DNA of 64,000 bases from Squalus acanthias (lineage: Eukaryota): contig CM059440.1 in assembly GCA_030390025.1 (NCBI GenBank), positions 67,208,001 through 67,272,000 of the forward strand. Reading direction: 5' to 3'. Positions 35,997 through 48,234 of the stretch are shown piece after piece. The notes below the pieces were generated by a model that was given only the letters and a program-made list of their open reading frames with translations, did not search any database and had not been told where the DNA came from. Position 1 is the stretch's first letter, and every line of letters begins with the position of its first letter. The position numbers were made by a program, and so were the translations under genes.

Positions 35997-36687
35997 TTGT
36001 GAGAAGTCGCACAACACCAGGTTATAGTCCAACAGCTTTATTAGAAATCACAAGCTTTCGGAGCGCTGCTCCTTCATCAGGTGAAGTGAAGAGATGCATA
36101 TAGGCACAGCATATATAGTCAGAGAACACTGCCAGATGATTACAGTTAATCTTTCTAACTGCCCTTTATCACACCTCAGCAGAGAGATAATCCCGGCAAT
36201 CAAAGGTGTGGATGATGTCCAAACAGGTCAGTCAGGAAAACATTACATCAAAGATAATGAGGTGGGGCCACAAGGGGTCACATGTGGCAGATGCTGGGGT
36301 CTGTATAGAAAACAAAAGACTTTTTTTGCTGGAAATCACAGCAGGTCCGGCCGCATCTGTGTAGAGAGAACAAGCCAACGACGACTCGAGTCTGGATGAC
36401 TCTACATCAGGTGGGGTTACATGTAGCATGACATGAACCCAAGGTCCCGGTTGAGGCCATCCTCATGGGTGCGGAACTTGGCTATCAGTTTCTGCTCGAC
36501 GATTTTGCGTTGTCGTGTGTCTCGAAGGCCGCCTTGGAGAACGCTTACCCGAAGATCGGAGGCTGAATGTCCTTGACTGCTGAAGTGTTCCCCGACTGGG
36601 AGGTAACACTCCAGCCTGGCGATTGTTGCGCGGTGTCCGTTCATACGTTGTCGCAGTGTCTGCATGGTCTCGCCAATGTACCATGCT
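35997..36687 (-). mobile_element. Penelope 3' fragment, inverted (left cap of the 18-kb insertion)
   Basis: Reverse complement encodes the GIY-YIG C-terminus (WYIGETMQTLRQRMNGHR...) and 3' UTR of the 30318-33351 family; hammerhead motif at 36048-36084. Confidence 0.93.
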
Positions 36688-39107
36688 GCGAAGAATATCA
36701 TGGTCACCTGGCAACGCGTCGACACTAAAGAGGTTGTCCACAGTTATTATTATGGAGAGGACCAGCTCAGCAAGCAGAATTCTCAATATTCAGGCAGAAC
36801 AAGTCTATTCCCAGAGGAGTTTAAAAATGGAAATGCTTCACTGAAATTAGAAGGAGTAAGACCAAACGACACTGGACTATAGCAGTGTTATGTCAGTAAT
36901 ACAATTGGAAATGATAAAGGAACAGTTTCTGTCAGATTTGCAGGTAAATATACTGAACATATTTCTCTTTTCTTAGTTCCCCATCTTACCTGAAGATGCT
37001 GACTCCTGCTACGGTATTGTAGCCTGGAATACATCCTCTCTCTTTATTCCTAGTGAATGATTAACAGGCCATGTACTGTAAACTTCTTAACGTTAAGTGT
37101 TAATAAGCACAGTGAAGAATGGAGCTAATAGAGCCCATTATATAACCTAGAGCTATTGGAACATTTCTCAAATTACCTTTCTCTAAACTGATTGGATTAA
37201 AAGTTGGAGGAGTTTCACTATATTGGAAAATTTAGTTTTATGATGCCTTAAAATAGCACTAGAGGCTGATTTACGTGGACCCCTCTCTCCAGGTCGAGCT
37301 TCGTCTGGATATGGTCCGGTCACAGCCCTAGCACTCCTTACAGGGCCCTAATGTCAGCAAATGTTAGTTGGAGAAGAGCAGCCAGAATGGCAGAAGATCT
37401 GGTGGGTCACTGTTTTAAAAAAAAACTTCCAGCTACCTTTTGGTTTCTCTTCGCTTTGCTGCCCGGTCCCCTCAGGCCCCCCGACCCGAGTGGGTCCCAA
37501 ACTCGAGGCCCACCATCAGCTTCTTAGACCTGCGCCTATTGCAAGCACTGGCCCTACTCCACCCCTCGGAGCAAGCCCAGGAAATCCCAGGACAGTCTAA
37601 AGGAGGTGGATGCCTGGCATAACTGGTCTTTGCTCCATTTTCCTGACCTTTGTTCCCAGGGAATAGGCGTTCCCTGGGGTAAAGGCCAAGATAATCTGCC
37701 TATGATGTAATGAGATTGCGATCAAATCATTTTTTCATAGAACATAGAACATAGAACATAGAACAGTACAGCACAGTACAGGCCCTTCGGCCCTCGATGT
37801 TGTGCCGAGCATTGTCCGAGACCAAGATCAAGCTATCACACTCCCTATCACTCTGGTGTGCTCCATGTGCTTATCCATCTGAGGATGCTCAACCTGTGCA
37901 GAACTCGAACGTCAAGTACACACTTGACCTCTAACTCTTCTGTGCTGCACTCCTTGTACTCAAAACAAATAAGTGACTGGTAACCAAGAACTTTATAATC
38001 ATTATATTAGGCCGTGCATTGTTCTGCAATATAGCTCAAGCATATACCAAAGGTATATGGCACTGTATCATTTATTACTGAAGAGGCAAGACTGAAAGAT
38101 TGTTTTAATTTCACAGCATACTACAATGAGCCAGTGCTGTTGATCAAACAGAAACTGTCCAGCACCATTTTAACATTTGAGTCCCGAGGCTTTCCTAAGG
38201 CTGATGTTTCTTGGTACAACGGAGACAATCTACATGATTCCCTTTTGTCCAAATGTTTATACCAGCAAACTGCTGATGGTCTGTACATAGTCGAAAGCAC
38301 TATGGAAATCATTGTCACAGAAAGAAGTTCAAACTATACATTCGTGTTAAGAAATGCTGCTGTCAATCAAACTATCTCGAGGACACTTAGTTTTCTTATT
38401 CCAGGTAAGATTTTGCTTTTTTTTCTCACCAATTTTCTTCCTCTCCTTCTCTCTTGAAGGTACCAGGCCACTCTCACACTCAGGTGGGTTATTATTTATG
38501 TGGGAACATTAATAGTGGGTTTTACCAGGCGGATCATCAATGGTGCATCAGAGCTGCACCTGATCCTATCCTCACCTTCGTCCACAAAGGTGCAGTTTCA
38601 GAATGGGTCACTGATAACCCTAGGGCATTAAGACCAATTGTCACATCCATACTGCTGTCCCAGCTGTTATCAGCTAACTCAGCATATATTGAAGGTGGGA
38701 CTGCATGACTCCGCTACTCACTGGAGAGACTCACTGAGCCACTGGAGGACCTAGACTTTTCATTTTAATAATAATAACTGAGTCATCTATTTATTATTTT
38801 AGAAAATGAATCTTTACAAAACAAATTCAATTCACACAATTTTCATCGCTAGCACATTTAAGTTGAGTATTCAGTAATTTGCTCATCACTTTAGTCTCTT
38901 CTACCCACCAGGAAGCCGCAGTAGCATCTGAATAGAACCTCCTTGTGATTTTTTTGAGCTGCTTCTATTTTTATGATTCTTTTTATTCAAGGAATAAAAG
39001 GTTTTTTTCCTCTTTTTTTTCTACTTCCAGAGAATTCAATCGGGAAGAAAGACCGTTCCTGCAATTATTATGCAGCCCTCATCAGTTGCATTCTGGGGAC
39101 TATACTC

Positions 39108-39140
<33 letters not shown>

Positions 39141-39218
39141 GCACTAACTGTGATGTTACATAAACACAGGTATATTAAACCAAAGAAAATGGAATACAAT
39201 AATCCAGGTCCACCATGA
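36686..39218 (+). pseudogene. Partial duplicate of B7-like paralog B (IgV 3' part 36686-36943, IgC 38117-38404, TM 39031-39218)
   Basis: Begins mid-IgV, fused to the Penelope fragment; shares the TAC>TAG stop (36880-82) with the copy at 54461. Confidence 0.92.
37739..37877 (-). mobile_element. Short CR1-type 3' tail inserted after the duplication
   Basis: (catagaa)n tail; absent at the homologous sites ~2708 and ~55609. Confidence 0.85.
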
Positions 39219-39351
39219 GATCACCATGGATTCCAAAATATCCTGATGGTTGTAACCAATTCTCTGCTGGACTTGTATGGTGTTTGGAGTTACAAATGGA
39301 TGTGGTATGAATGCTCTTTGTTCCAATTAATGAGTCTGAATGGTCGGCACG

Positions 39352-40322
39352 TCGCACTTATTGACACTTCCATCTTGTCTGACACCTTCAATCTCAATGT
39401 CTCCTTCGGTTCCTTCTAGACCTCGCTCTAGTACTCAAATCTTAATACATGGGAAATTAAGTATAGCTTAGCATTAGCTTATGAGGCAAATAGCTTGGTG
39501 TTTAAATTAGTGTTTCCTTACAGCTAGAACAGTCATTAGCTTCAAGGTCTCCATTAACTGTTGAATAAAGAAAGTTTATAGGAAGCTAAAAACAAAGATA
39601 AGGGAACCTAAGCCTTGTCTCTGTTACAGCTAGAATAGTCATTAGTTCCAAGGTCTCTATTAACTGTTGAATAAAGAAAGTTGGTAGGAATCTAAAAACA
39701 AAGATAACCAAAGTTTCTGTCTAATTGGGATAGAGATAGGCACAATAGTGTACCATCATAATAATCCATTGTAAGGTTTTACGCCTCAAACATAATGATT
39801 CGGATGTGACTCCATATTGGCAACGGTACGTTTTATTGGTATACAGTCGAAATCAATACAACCGGCAAAGACTAATGTTAACTGATAGTAATTTACAGTT
39901 CCGAAGGATATTACCAAATTCGGTCACTGGAAAGTGTAGCGTGCGATGTCTCCGTTGTATCTTTAATCCGGTCCGGCAGTTGTCTTACAAGCAGAGAAGA
40001 GCATTAGGCTTTCGCCAGTATGGACCGCTCATTAATACCAGCGTACCAGAGAGACGTTAAGCCCTTTTGGCTAGCATAAATCCATCTCTACAGGTACCGT
40101 CGTCCTCCTCTCTATATCTGTACATCTCAGGTCAAACAGTCACCTTTTATCCTTCAAAGTTCTGATCATTTGATTAACAAAGTCCAATCGTGTCTGTCCA
40201 CGCCAGGTTCGCTTAACGAGCAAGTCGCACTTATTGACACTTCTATCTTGTCTGATACCTTCATTCTCAATGTCTCCTTCGGTTCCTTCTAGACCTCGCT
40301 CTAGTACTCAAATCTTAATACA
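39352..40322. mobile_element. LTR-like element with a 98-bp terminal direct repeat (39352-39449 = 40225-40322); duplicate at ~57082-58053
   Basis: TG..CA segment 39450-40322 with an internal ~105-bp tandem repeat; homology to the copy A 3' UTR ends abruptly at ~39347. Confidence 0.55.
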
Positions 40323-40889
40323 TTTCATAATCTCACACCATAGATAGTGTGTATGTATGCTTGTTGGCACAGTTAATTGAACAAAAGACATTGTACCTGG
40401 ACTTTAAAAAACTTGCCAAAGAAGAGCTTTTCAGATGGTTACCTGGGAACCAGATTGGACATACAGCTGCAAAATGGTATAATAAGTAAGACTCCCTTTT
40501 TCACACAGAAAAGCAGGCCAATTAGGAGTTGGGAGCAGATGAGATAAGGGACATGTTACACGCCATGAAGCTTAGTCTTTGGGCTAGGCTGGCTGTAATG
40601 GAAATGTACTGGAGGGGCATGACCACGTTAAATCAGGTGACGGAAGGGATCCAATCAAGGGAAAAGAGGCAGATTCAATTTCACTACAGGCACAGAATTG
40701 TATAAAAACAGACATTTTGTGTTTTAAAGTTTAGTACAATGTTAGGATGCATGTTTACATCTATTGTACTCTGTCTGCCAATCTACTCCGCAGTATTTTG
40801 CCTCAATATTGTAGCCTGTGTGCTCTGTCCTGCACTCCCTGGGAGTATGGCTCCCTGCTCAGAGCACAAGGTCATGGCATTAGTTGTTA

Positions 40890-41418
40890 AGTGTGTACAA
40901 TTCTGGGCACCACACTTTAAGATGGATGTCAAGGCCTTGGAGAGGGTACAGAGGAGGTTTACCAAGATGATACCAGGGAAGAGGGAATTCAGTTATGTGG
41001 AGAGATCGGAGAAACTGGGATTGTTCTCCTTAGAGCACAAAAGGTTAAGGGAAGACCTAATAGAGGTATTCAAAATCATGAGGGGTTTTGATGGAGCAAG
41101 TAGGGAAAAACTATTTCCTCTGGCCAGTAGGTCAGTAACCAGAGGTCATGGATTTAATATAATTGGCAAAAGAGCTAGAGGGGAAATGAGGAGATATGTC
41201 TTCACACAGAAGGTTGTTAAGATCAGGATCGCACTACCTGAAAGGGTGGTAGAAGCAGATTCCATACGAACTTTTAAAAGTCAATTAGACAGGTACTTGA
41301 AGAGGACTAATTTGCAGGGTTATGGGGAAAAAGCTGGGGTGTTGGACTAATTGGACAGCTCCTTCAAAGCGCAGGCATGACGGGCCAAATGGCCTCCTTC
41401 TGTGCTGTGAGAATCTAT
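40890..41418 (+). mobile_element. CR1 LINE 3' fragment (duplicate at ~58620-59149)
   Basis: CVQFWAPH...LERVQRRFTKMIP...LGLFSLE. Confidence 0.88.
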
Positions 41419-42020
41419 GGGGGAGAAATTCCCCTAGAGGGCCATTTGGGGCGCTAAGTCAAAAATGTTTGAAAAGTTAGCACCAAACATTTGAGAAATT
41501 TCCATTTTTTGCTCCAAGAGGGAAGTGGAGCTAAATCAAGTGTCTCGATCCGGGGCGATGTGCTCAGCAGCGCCACATGTGGCCACGTGTGGTGCTGCCG
41601 CGTTGCAGGGGCTCTTCCCTCAATTAAAGGGAAGGGCTCCCCGCTGCGAGCTCTGCATTTTTTTGGGCATCTGCTGGAGCACCGGGGTGCGGGAGTGCCG
41701 CGCGTCTGTTGCTCAGAATTTTTTTTTTTAAATCGCCTATTTTTTTCATGTCGGTCGGCCAGCCACCGCGCTTTTAAATGGCGCCCCGCGAGCGGTCGGC
41801 CTCACTGTTCGCGACCCCTGCAGCAGTCGGTAACATCGCCCGATGGCATCATGATCTCCGGGCGCAGAAGATCGGGGCGATACCTGTTAGCGCCGCCGCT
41901 AACCTCACACAGAATTTCGCAGGAGGCGCAGTTATCGCCTCGGGGGGGGTGGGCGGGGAAGCCATTTGCGCCCCGTTAGCACCTCCCACCGGAGGCATAA
42001 ATGAGGGGAATTTCACCACC
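41419..42020. mobile_element. GC-rich Harbinger-like MITE (duplicate at 59150-59749)
   Basis: Imperfect TIRs GGGGAGAAATTCCCC / GGGGAATTTCACCACC; 3-bp TSD TAT. Confidence 0.7.
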
Positions 42021-42448
42021 TATGATTCTAGATGTGAATGTTGTTTTAAATTTAAACTACCGGTCAGATTTTGCACATTCCCCATTAGGCTAGCTTAAAG
42101 AGCAAGGTCATATGTGTGCTTCAGAATCTTTGATATTTATTCAGATGACCTGAAGCCACAAACTTGGGCACATTCACATCAGTGCACTGTGGGCTAGCTT
42201 TGGCAAGCAGCTTGATTTTGCTGGACCTTACACTCACTTGAACAGCTGAGATCTGCTTGCCAGCACTGTGCTGAGAAACTGGCTTTCAAAATACTTTCGA
42301 ACTCCATTCTCCTGCAACCACCCCCCTTTAATGATACCAGGCCCTTATCGTACCTCCTCAAAGTACTGCCAGACCACAGTCTGTCCCAACACTACTGGAT
42401 CCCAGCCTCCCCTCTAATAACGCCAGATACTACCTCCTCAGTGCTCCT

Positions 42449-42991
42449 TGTAAGAAAGGGTTAACCTGCTCGAAAGCTTGGCGGTAGCATTTATAAATAA
42501 CTAACTGACTAACTAACATAGTTAGCAGCTATTGTGTAGGGAATAGCAGAGTCAGCAACCTGTATCCTGTTATTGAAGCCGGAACAAACCTCAGTTATAA
42601 TGCGAGGAAGACAGGACATGATCAGGAATCTGATTGGTGCAGGCATATGGCATGATCAGAACAGGAACATTAAGGAAAACGAGGGAAGTAAGTATGGTAC
42701 GTGCTGATTGGATTAGGTTGTGTGATATTCTGTTTTCTGGTGCGTAACGGACAAGCGCTTGAGGCTGTTTAGTGTAGAAGAATTTTGAGGCGAGAGGCGA
42801 TGGGAAGCATCCAGCAGGAAGGGAACAGACCTATCGCGTAACATCAAGAGGCAAACTTCTATCCAGGACGGAGCGGGTGATATACTTTCTGCTTGGTTCT
42901 GTAAAATATCACTTATGTACTGTAATGTGTTAAGTTTTACACATCTTAAAGTATCATTGTATCCAATTGGCGTTGAGTCGAATTCCCTACA
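42449..42991. mobile_element. Probable solo LTR (duplicate at ~60178-60720)
   Basis: TGTAAG...CCTACA termini, ATTGG boxes, near-match 4-bp flanks (tcct/ccct). Confidence 0.5.
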
Positions 42992-43088
42992 CCCTGGACC
43001 CAAGACCCCTCTATACAATCCTACTGAAGTAAGATATTAAAAAATTGGACATAACAAGGGCAAGACGGGCATGACTCATTTGCAGAAA

Positions 43089-43218
43089 AGCAGGCCTATA
43101 ACGAGATTAACAGAAGCAGGCCTATAACGAGATTAACAGAAGCAGGCCTATAATGAGATTAACAGAAGCAGGCCTATAACGAGATTAACAGAAGCAGGCC
43201 TATAATGAGATTAACAGA
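43089..43218 (+). repeat. Five 26-bp tandem repeats in an LTR-like segment (~43025-43495; duplicate at ~60818-60947)
   Basis: AGCAGGCCTATAA(C/T)GAGATTAACAGA x5, followed by TATAAA and AATAAA. Confidence 0.85.
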
Positions 43219-43925
43219 AAACGGCTAGCACAGTTCTGGAAACCACATCATGGGCTAGCACAGCATTGTGTGTAAATTATGTGTTATCTTTGTATAAACC
43301 GCCACCCTCGGATAATGAGTAAATGTGTAACTTTTAAAATTAATTGGACCTCCGTAAGGGTAAGGCAGAAATGTTTGTATAAATATGTGTGCTTTGATTA
43401 GCTCGGTGGAGTTGGACTTACACAGCGACGTAAGAGGTTCTCCCCAGGCCTGAATAAACCGTTGTGACTTCAATTACTTGGTCTGTCTTTCTTTCAACAA
43501 GCCAGTAGCGTCGACCTTGTATATCACTTGGTCCGCACTTTGGGGGCTTACTTCACTACCAAATGGTTGGTCCCACCTTTCCAGCACTCTAGCAGCATTA
43601 CCTTGCTCCTGGATTATGGGACCCTTCTCATTGTAGCCCCACACCCAGGGACCCCTTCCCAATGCTCCCATATCTCAGCATCCTCACTGTTAGCTACCAA
43701 ACCACACCATCCTCTTACCATTTTCCCCAGGCTCTAAACACATCATTGTCTTACATAATCTAGTCAAAATTTTATTATGTTGCACAAGCCCAAACCAATC
43801 ACAAGTGAAATGCATACAACACTTCATGCAACACTCTTACCATCCAGACATCACAGATGGAATTGGACACAGAGAAGCATTAACTAACATTACTGTACTT
43901 AACCTGCATCTACGATAACACATTA

Positions 43926-44285
43926 CAGGAAACTCTCGTTTAAACGGCACCTAAATATCCGGAATTCTCTAATAACCGGCAGAATTCATACTCCGAAAAC
44001 TACAGTACAGTATACAGTCGTTTATAAGTTTTGTTTTACTGTTAAGTAATTAAAGAGTTATAGATTACCCTCAACTGGCAGTACTGTACTTAATCAAGCA
44101 TCTTCCACCATCCATTTAACACAACATTCTGTAGGTGAGTACCCAATTATACTGCACATTTCTTGATTTTTTTATTTTTGTTTGTTAAAAATAGCCTCGG
44201 TAGATATACCTCTCCGTTATCCGGAATTTTTATTCAACTGGCACCATCCCGGTCCCATCGGTGCCGGATACGAAAGAGTTTCCTG
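43926..44285 (+). mobile_element. 360-bp MITE derived from the Tigger at 14577
   Basis: Same TIRs and TA TSD; the first ~75 bp are joined to the last ~290 bp at an AAC microhomology. Confidence 0.95.
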
Positions 44286-45354
44286 TAACACCATCTTCTT
44301 CTTCTTTTCGTGTCTTCTCGCTGTTCGGGGAACAGCGTGAAGTAACGGAAGGATTCACAGGTTGATTAACAGTCTGACTGGCCGCGTTAACGCTCCTTCC
44401 ATGGCCGTAACCATCTTTATACCAGCTGATAGGGTGGTTAGCCCTATAAGCCGGGAAGGTTTCTGGGCTCCCCCAACCCATACGATGAGGGGGGGGTGGG
44501 CCACCCACACCCACCGGATGCAAGTGTCCCGCTGGATGTCAACCCAGAATTCAAAGCCGGAGCTTCGACTCCACTCGCCGGGACTGTCTGGAGTGGGGTT
44601 TGAACCCTGCACCTTCTGGCCCAAAGGCAGGAATGCGCCAAAGGCTCACGCCAATACCACCATAAAGTTAAGCATTGAGAATTACAATAAATATTTGATT
44701 CTTCAATGTACCACAATGTCTCAGCCTTGGCTGGGTTTTTGCTCACACAGTATTCCAGGGCTATAGTCAAAGTTCACCACTGGAGTACAGCTTACCAAGG
44801 TTAAGTTTATTGCTTGTATGCAATGTATCACTGATACATTTCAGCAGTTGGCCAAAATGTGTCAGCCTTGGCTCAATCGTAGCACTCTTGCCTCTGAGTC
44901 AGAAGATTGTGGGTGCAGGTCCCACTTCAGAATCTTGCGTGCATAATCTAGGTGACACTTCAGTGCAGTACAGATGAAGTGAGTAGCACATTGGCTGAGG
45001 AAAGCGTAAGTAGGAGATAACTACATTACAAATGTAGTGGGAAGCAAATTATGACTATTGGGTAACCATGGAAGATCTGTTATAGGGAGGACCCATTGTA
45101 TTAAAAAATAATAACTTAATATGCAGTTCTAGCAATATTTGATACCTTAAATCTGGAAAAAAGTTATTAATTCTTGTGTCCTACTCTGTTGCCAATGTAT
45201 TCTTTGGCAGTACAGAATGGAGATTAATTCTGGACACTTTGCCCAAATATGGCCCTGACATTCTGCAGGACTACCACTGGTCTTCCATCATAACTTTGGT
45301 AAGAGAGACCAGAGAAAAGGCATAATTGCCTATTTACAATATTTTTCTGGGGGT

Positions 45355-46110
45355 TCTTCTTCTTCTTCTCAGGCAGTCCCTCGGAACCGAGGATGACTTG
45401 CTTCCACATTAAGAATGAGTTCTCAGGTGACTGATGAGTCCAATGCGGGACCTACAGTCTCTGTCACAGGTGGGGCAGACGGTGGTAGAAGGGGCGGGTG
45501 GGTGGGGTGCTTGGGTTGACGTGTGCTCTTTGCGCTGCTTGCGCTTGGCTTCCGCTTGCTCCTGGCGAACAGACTCGAGGTGTTCGTCGCCTTCCCAGAT
45601 ACTTCTCCTCCACTTTGTGCAGTCTTAGGCCAGGGATTCCCAGGTGTCGGTGGGGATGTTGCACTTTTTCAAGGAGGCTTTCAGGGTGTCCTTGAAGCGT
45701 TTCCTCTGCCCACCTGGGGCTCTCTTGCCGTGTTGCAGCTCCGAGTAGAGCGCTTGTTTTGGGAGTCTCGTATCAGGCATGCGGACGATGTGACCCGTCC
45801 ATCGGAGCTGATCGAGCGTGGTCAAAGCTTCGATGCTGGGGATGTTGGCCTGAGCGAGAACACTGACGTTGGTGCGCCTGTCCTGCCAATGGATTTGCAG
45901 GATCTTGCGGAGGCAGCATTGGTGGTACCTCTGCAGTGCTTTGAGGTGCCTGCTGTACATGATCCATGTCTCTGAGGCATAAAGGATGGCAGGTATCACC
46001 TACTGCTCTGTAGACCATGAGCTTGGTGTCGGGTTTGAGGTCCTGGTCTTCAAACACTCTCTTCCTCAGGCGACCGAAGGCTGCACTGGCACACTGAAGG
46101 CGGTGTTGGA
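45355..46110 (-). mobile_element. RTE-clade LINE 3' fragment (duplicate at ~63080-63835)
   Basis: LYASETW...QLRWTGHIVRMPDTRLPKQALYSEL; (GAA)n tail. Confidence 0.88.
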
Positions 46111-46374
46111 CTGGGGGTTCTTCCAGTCTCTCAGCAAAGTTACGATAGGAGACTGATGGTAGCCCCATGGAACTTCAGGGCCAGAAATGTTTAGTGCAGT
46201 AACCAGCTGGAATAGCAACTGCATTGTTAAACACTTGTTATGGCAGATGTGTTGTGATTGCCATCCACAGGGACCAATTCATTTTGTGAGAATCATCCTA
46301 CTTGAGAGTAGGTCACACCTGCATTAGCAAGCGCCAGACCCAAAACAAAAGGGTTCTAACTAGAACATTTCATT

Positions 46375-47670
46375 CACTTCGCTTCCAATTTCCACCCTTC
46401 CCTCACCTTCACATGGTCCATCTCCGACTCTTTCCTTCCCTTCCTCGACTTCTCTGTCTCCATTTCTGGGGATAGGCTATTGACAAACATTCACTACAAG
46501 CTCACTGACTCCCACAGCTACCTGGACTACACTTCCTCCCACCCCACTTCCTGTAAGGACTCTATTCCATTCTCCCAGTTTCTCCGTCTCCGCCGCATCT
46601 GCTCTGATGATGCCACCTTCCATACTAGTGCTTCCGACATGTCTTCCTTTTTCCTCAACCGAGGATTCCCCTCTACCATGGTTGACACGGCCCTTGACCG
46701 TGTCCGTTCTATTTCCCGCACTTCTGCTCTCACCCCTTCCCCCCCCTCCCAGAACCACGATAGGGTTCCCCTTGTCCTCACCTTTCACCCCACCAGCCTC
46801 CACATTCAACGGATAATCCTCCGCCATTTCCGCCACCTCCTGCGTGATCCCACCACCAAACACATTTCCCCTCCCCTCCCCTTTCAGCATTCTGAAGGGA
46901 CCGCTCCCTCCGCGACACCCTGGTCCACTCCTCTATCACCCCCAACACCCCTTCCCCTTCCCACGACACCTTCCCATGCAAGTGCAGGAGATGCAACACC
47001 TGCCCTTTTACCTCCTCCCTTCCCACTGTTCAGGGCCCCAAACACTCCTTCCAGGTGAAACAGCAATTTACTTGTACTTCTTGCAATTTAGCTTCCGGTC
47101 GCCTGTCACTTTAATTCTCCGCTCCACTCTCACTCTGATCTCTCTGTCCTCGGCCTCTTACACTGTTCCAACGAAGCTCAAGGAACAGCACCTCATCTTT
47201 CGATTAGGCACTTTACAGCCTTCTGGACTCAACATCGAGTTCAACAGTTTCAGACCATAACCTCGGCCCCTATTTTTTAAAATTTATTTTTTCTCACACA
47301 TGGCAGCTGTTAATGATCCTGCCATTGCCATTTACACCTCATCTAGAGTCATCTTTTGTTTCTTAACTTGTCCCATTACCATCTCCTTTTGCCTTGCACC
47401 ATCATCCCTGTTGTCTTTTAATCTCTCCCGCCTTCCATCCTATCACAGACCTTCCCTTTTGTTCTTTCCTCCCCTCCTCCCTTTCCCTGCCCCTACACTG
47501 GCTTAAAAATCTGTTACATCTCTTAACTTTTTCCAGTTCTGACGAAGGGTCATCGACCTGAAACGTTAACACTGTTTTTCTCTCTCCACGGATGCTGCCT
47601 GACCTGCTGAGTGTTTCCAGCATTTTCTGTTGTTATTTCAGATTTCCAGCATCCGCAGTATTTTGCTATT
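46375..47670 (+). mobile_element. Penelope-like element (second family), 3' part; hammerhead motif at 47536-47570
   Basis: YKLTDSHSYLDYTSSHP...SIPFSQFLRLRRICS; GTT-CTGACGA-AGGGTCATCGACCT-GAAA-CGTT-AAC. Confidence 0.88.
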
Positions 47671-48234
47671 GAAAGGGGTTCTTTAACTGTTTATAGCTAT
47701 CAGAGCAGATCATAACCACAGTTTAGTCATTCTCTGAAAGGCAAAGGTTGATTAACGTTTTGAGTGGAACCTCTTGATGGGAGTTCTGATGAAGGGTTCC
47801 CTCTGAAATGTTAATCTTGCTTTCTCTTTCAGGTGTTGATCGCCCCGCTGTGCATTTCTGGAATTTTCTGTTATTAATTAAGGTTTCCAGCATTTGTAGT
47901 TTTTCTTTTTATCGCTATCCTTTTTAAGTTAGATTTGATTTGATTTTGACTTTAGTTTGCAAGAGGGAATTAAAAATCAATGAGACTGATTTATTATTTA
48001 TGTGGAATCTTTGATAAATAAATTACATTTGGTGTAATTAGATCAGATCTCAGAAATGTGAACTGTGTGAACAAAGTCCTAGCTCTCAATAAATTAATGC
48101 TAACAGAAGACATTTACAGGAGTAAGTGCCTCTTAAAGAGTTTGATGCTAAAATTCATTTAATGATGTGATTGAATGGATTACAGGGTTAGTGTCACTGA
48201 TGCATTATCATTGGTTGAGCAGCAATGTATATGA

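Larger units (their letters stand above)
36686..46274 (+). repeat. Segmental duplication, near-identical to 54557-64000 (match runs off the window end)
   Basis: Colinear match with offset 17871, changing to ~17734-17726 after a 137-bp insertion; paired ORFs in the track are identical or nearly so. Confidence 0.98.

Noticed and set aside
36463-36882. Penelope-IgV fusion ORFs across the junction
   Set aside because: Penelope is antisense to the IgV and the IgV frame has a stop at 36880; these are breakpoint by-products.
40739-41350. 203-aa ORF with a hydrophobic N-terminus (also 58470-59081)
   Set aside because: Chance read-through from flanking DNA into a CR1 ORF2 C-terminal fragment.
43089-43218. 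CRISPR or iteron-like 26-bp repeats
   Set aside because: Head-to-tail with no spacers; consistent with LTR U3 enhancer repeats.
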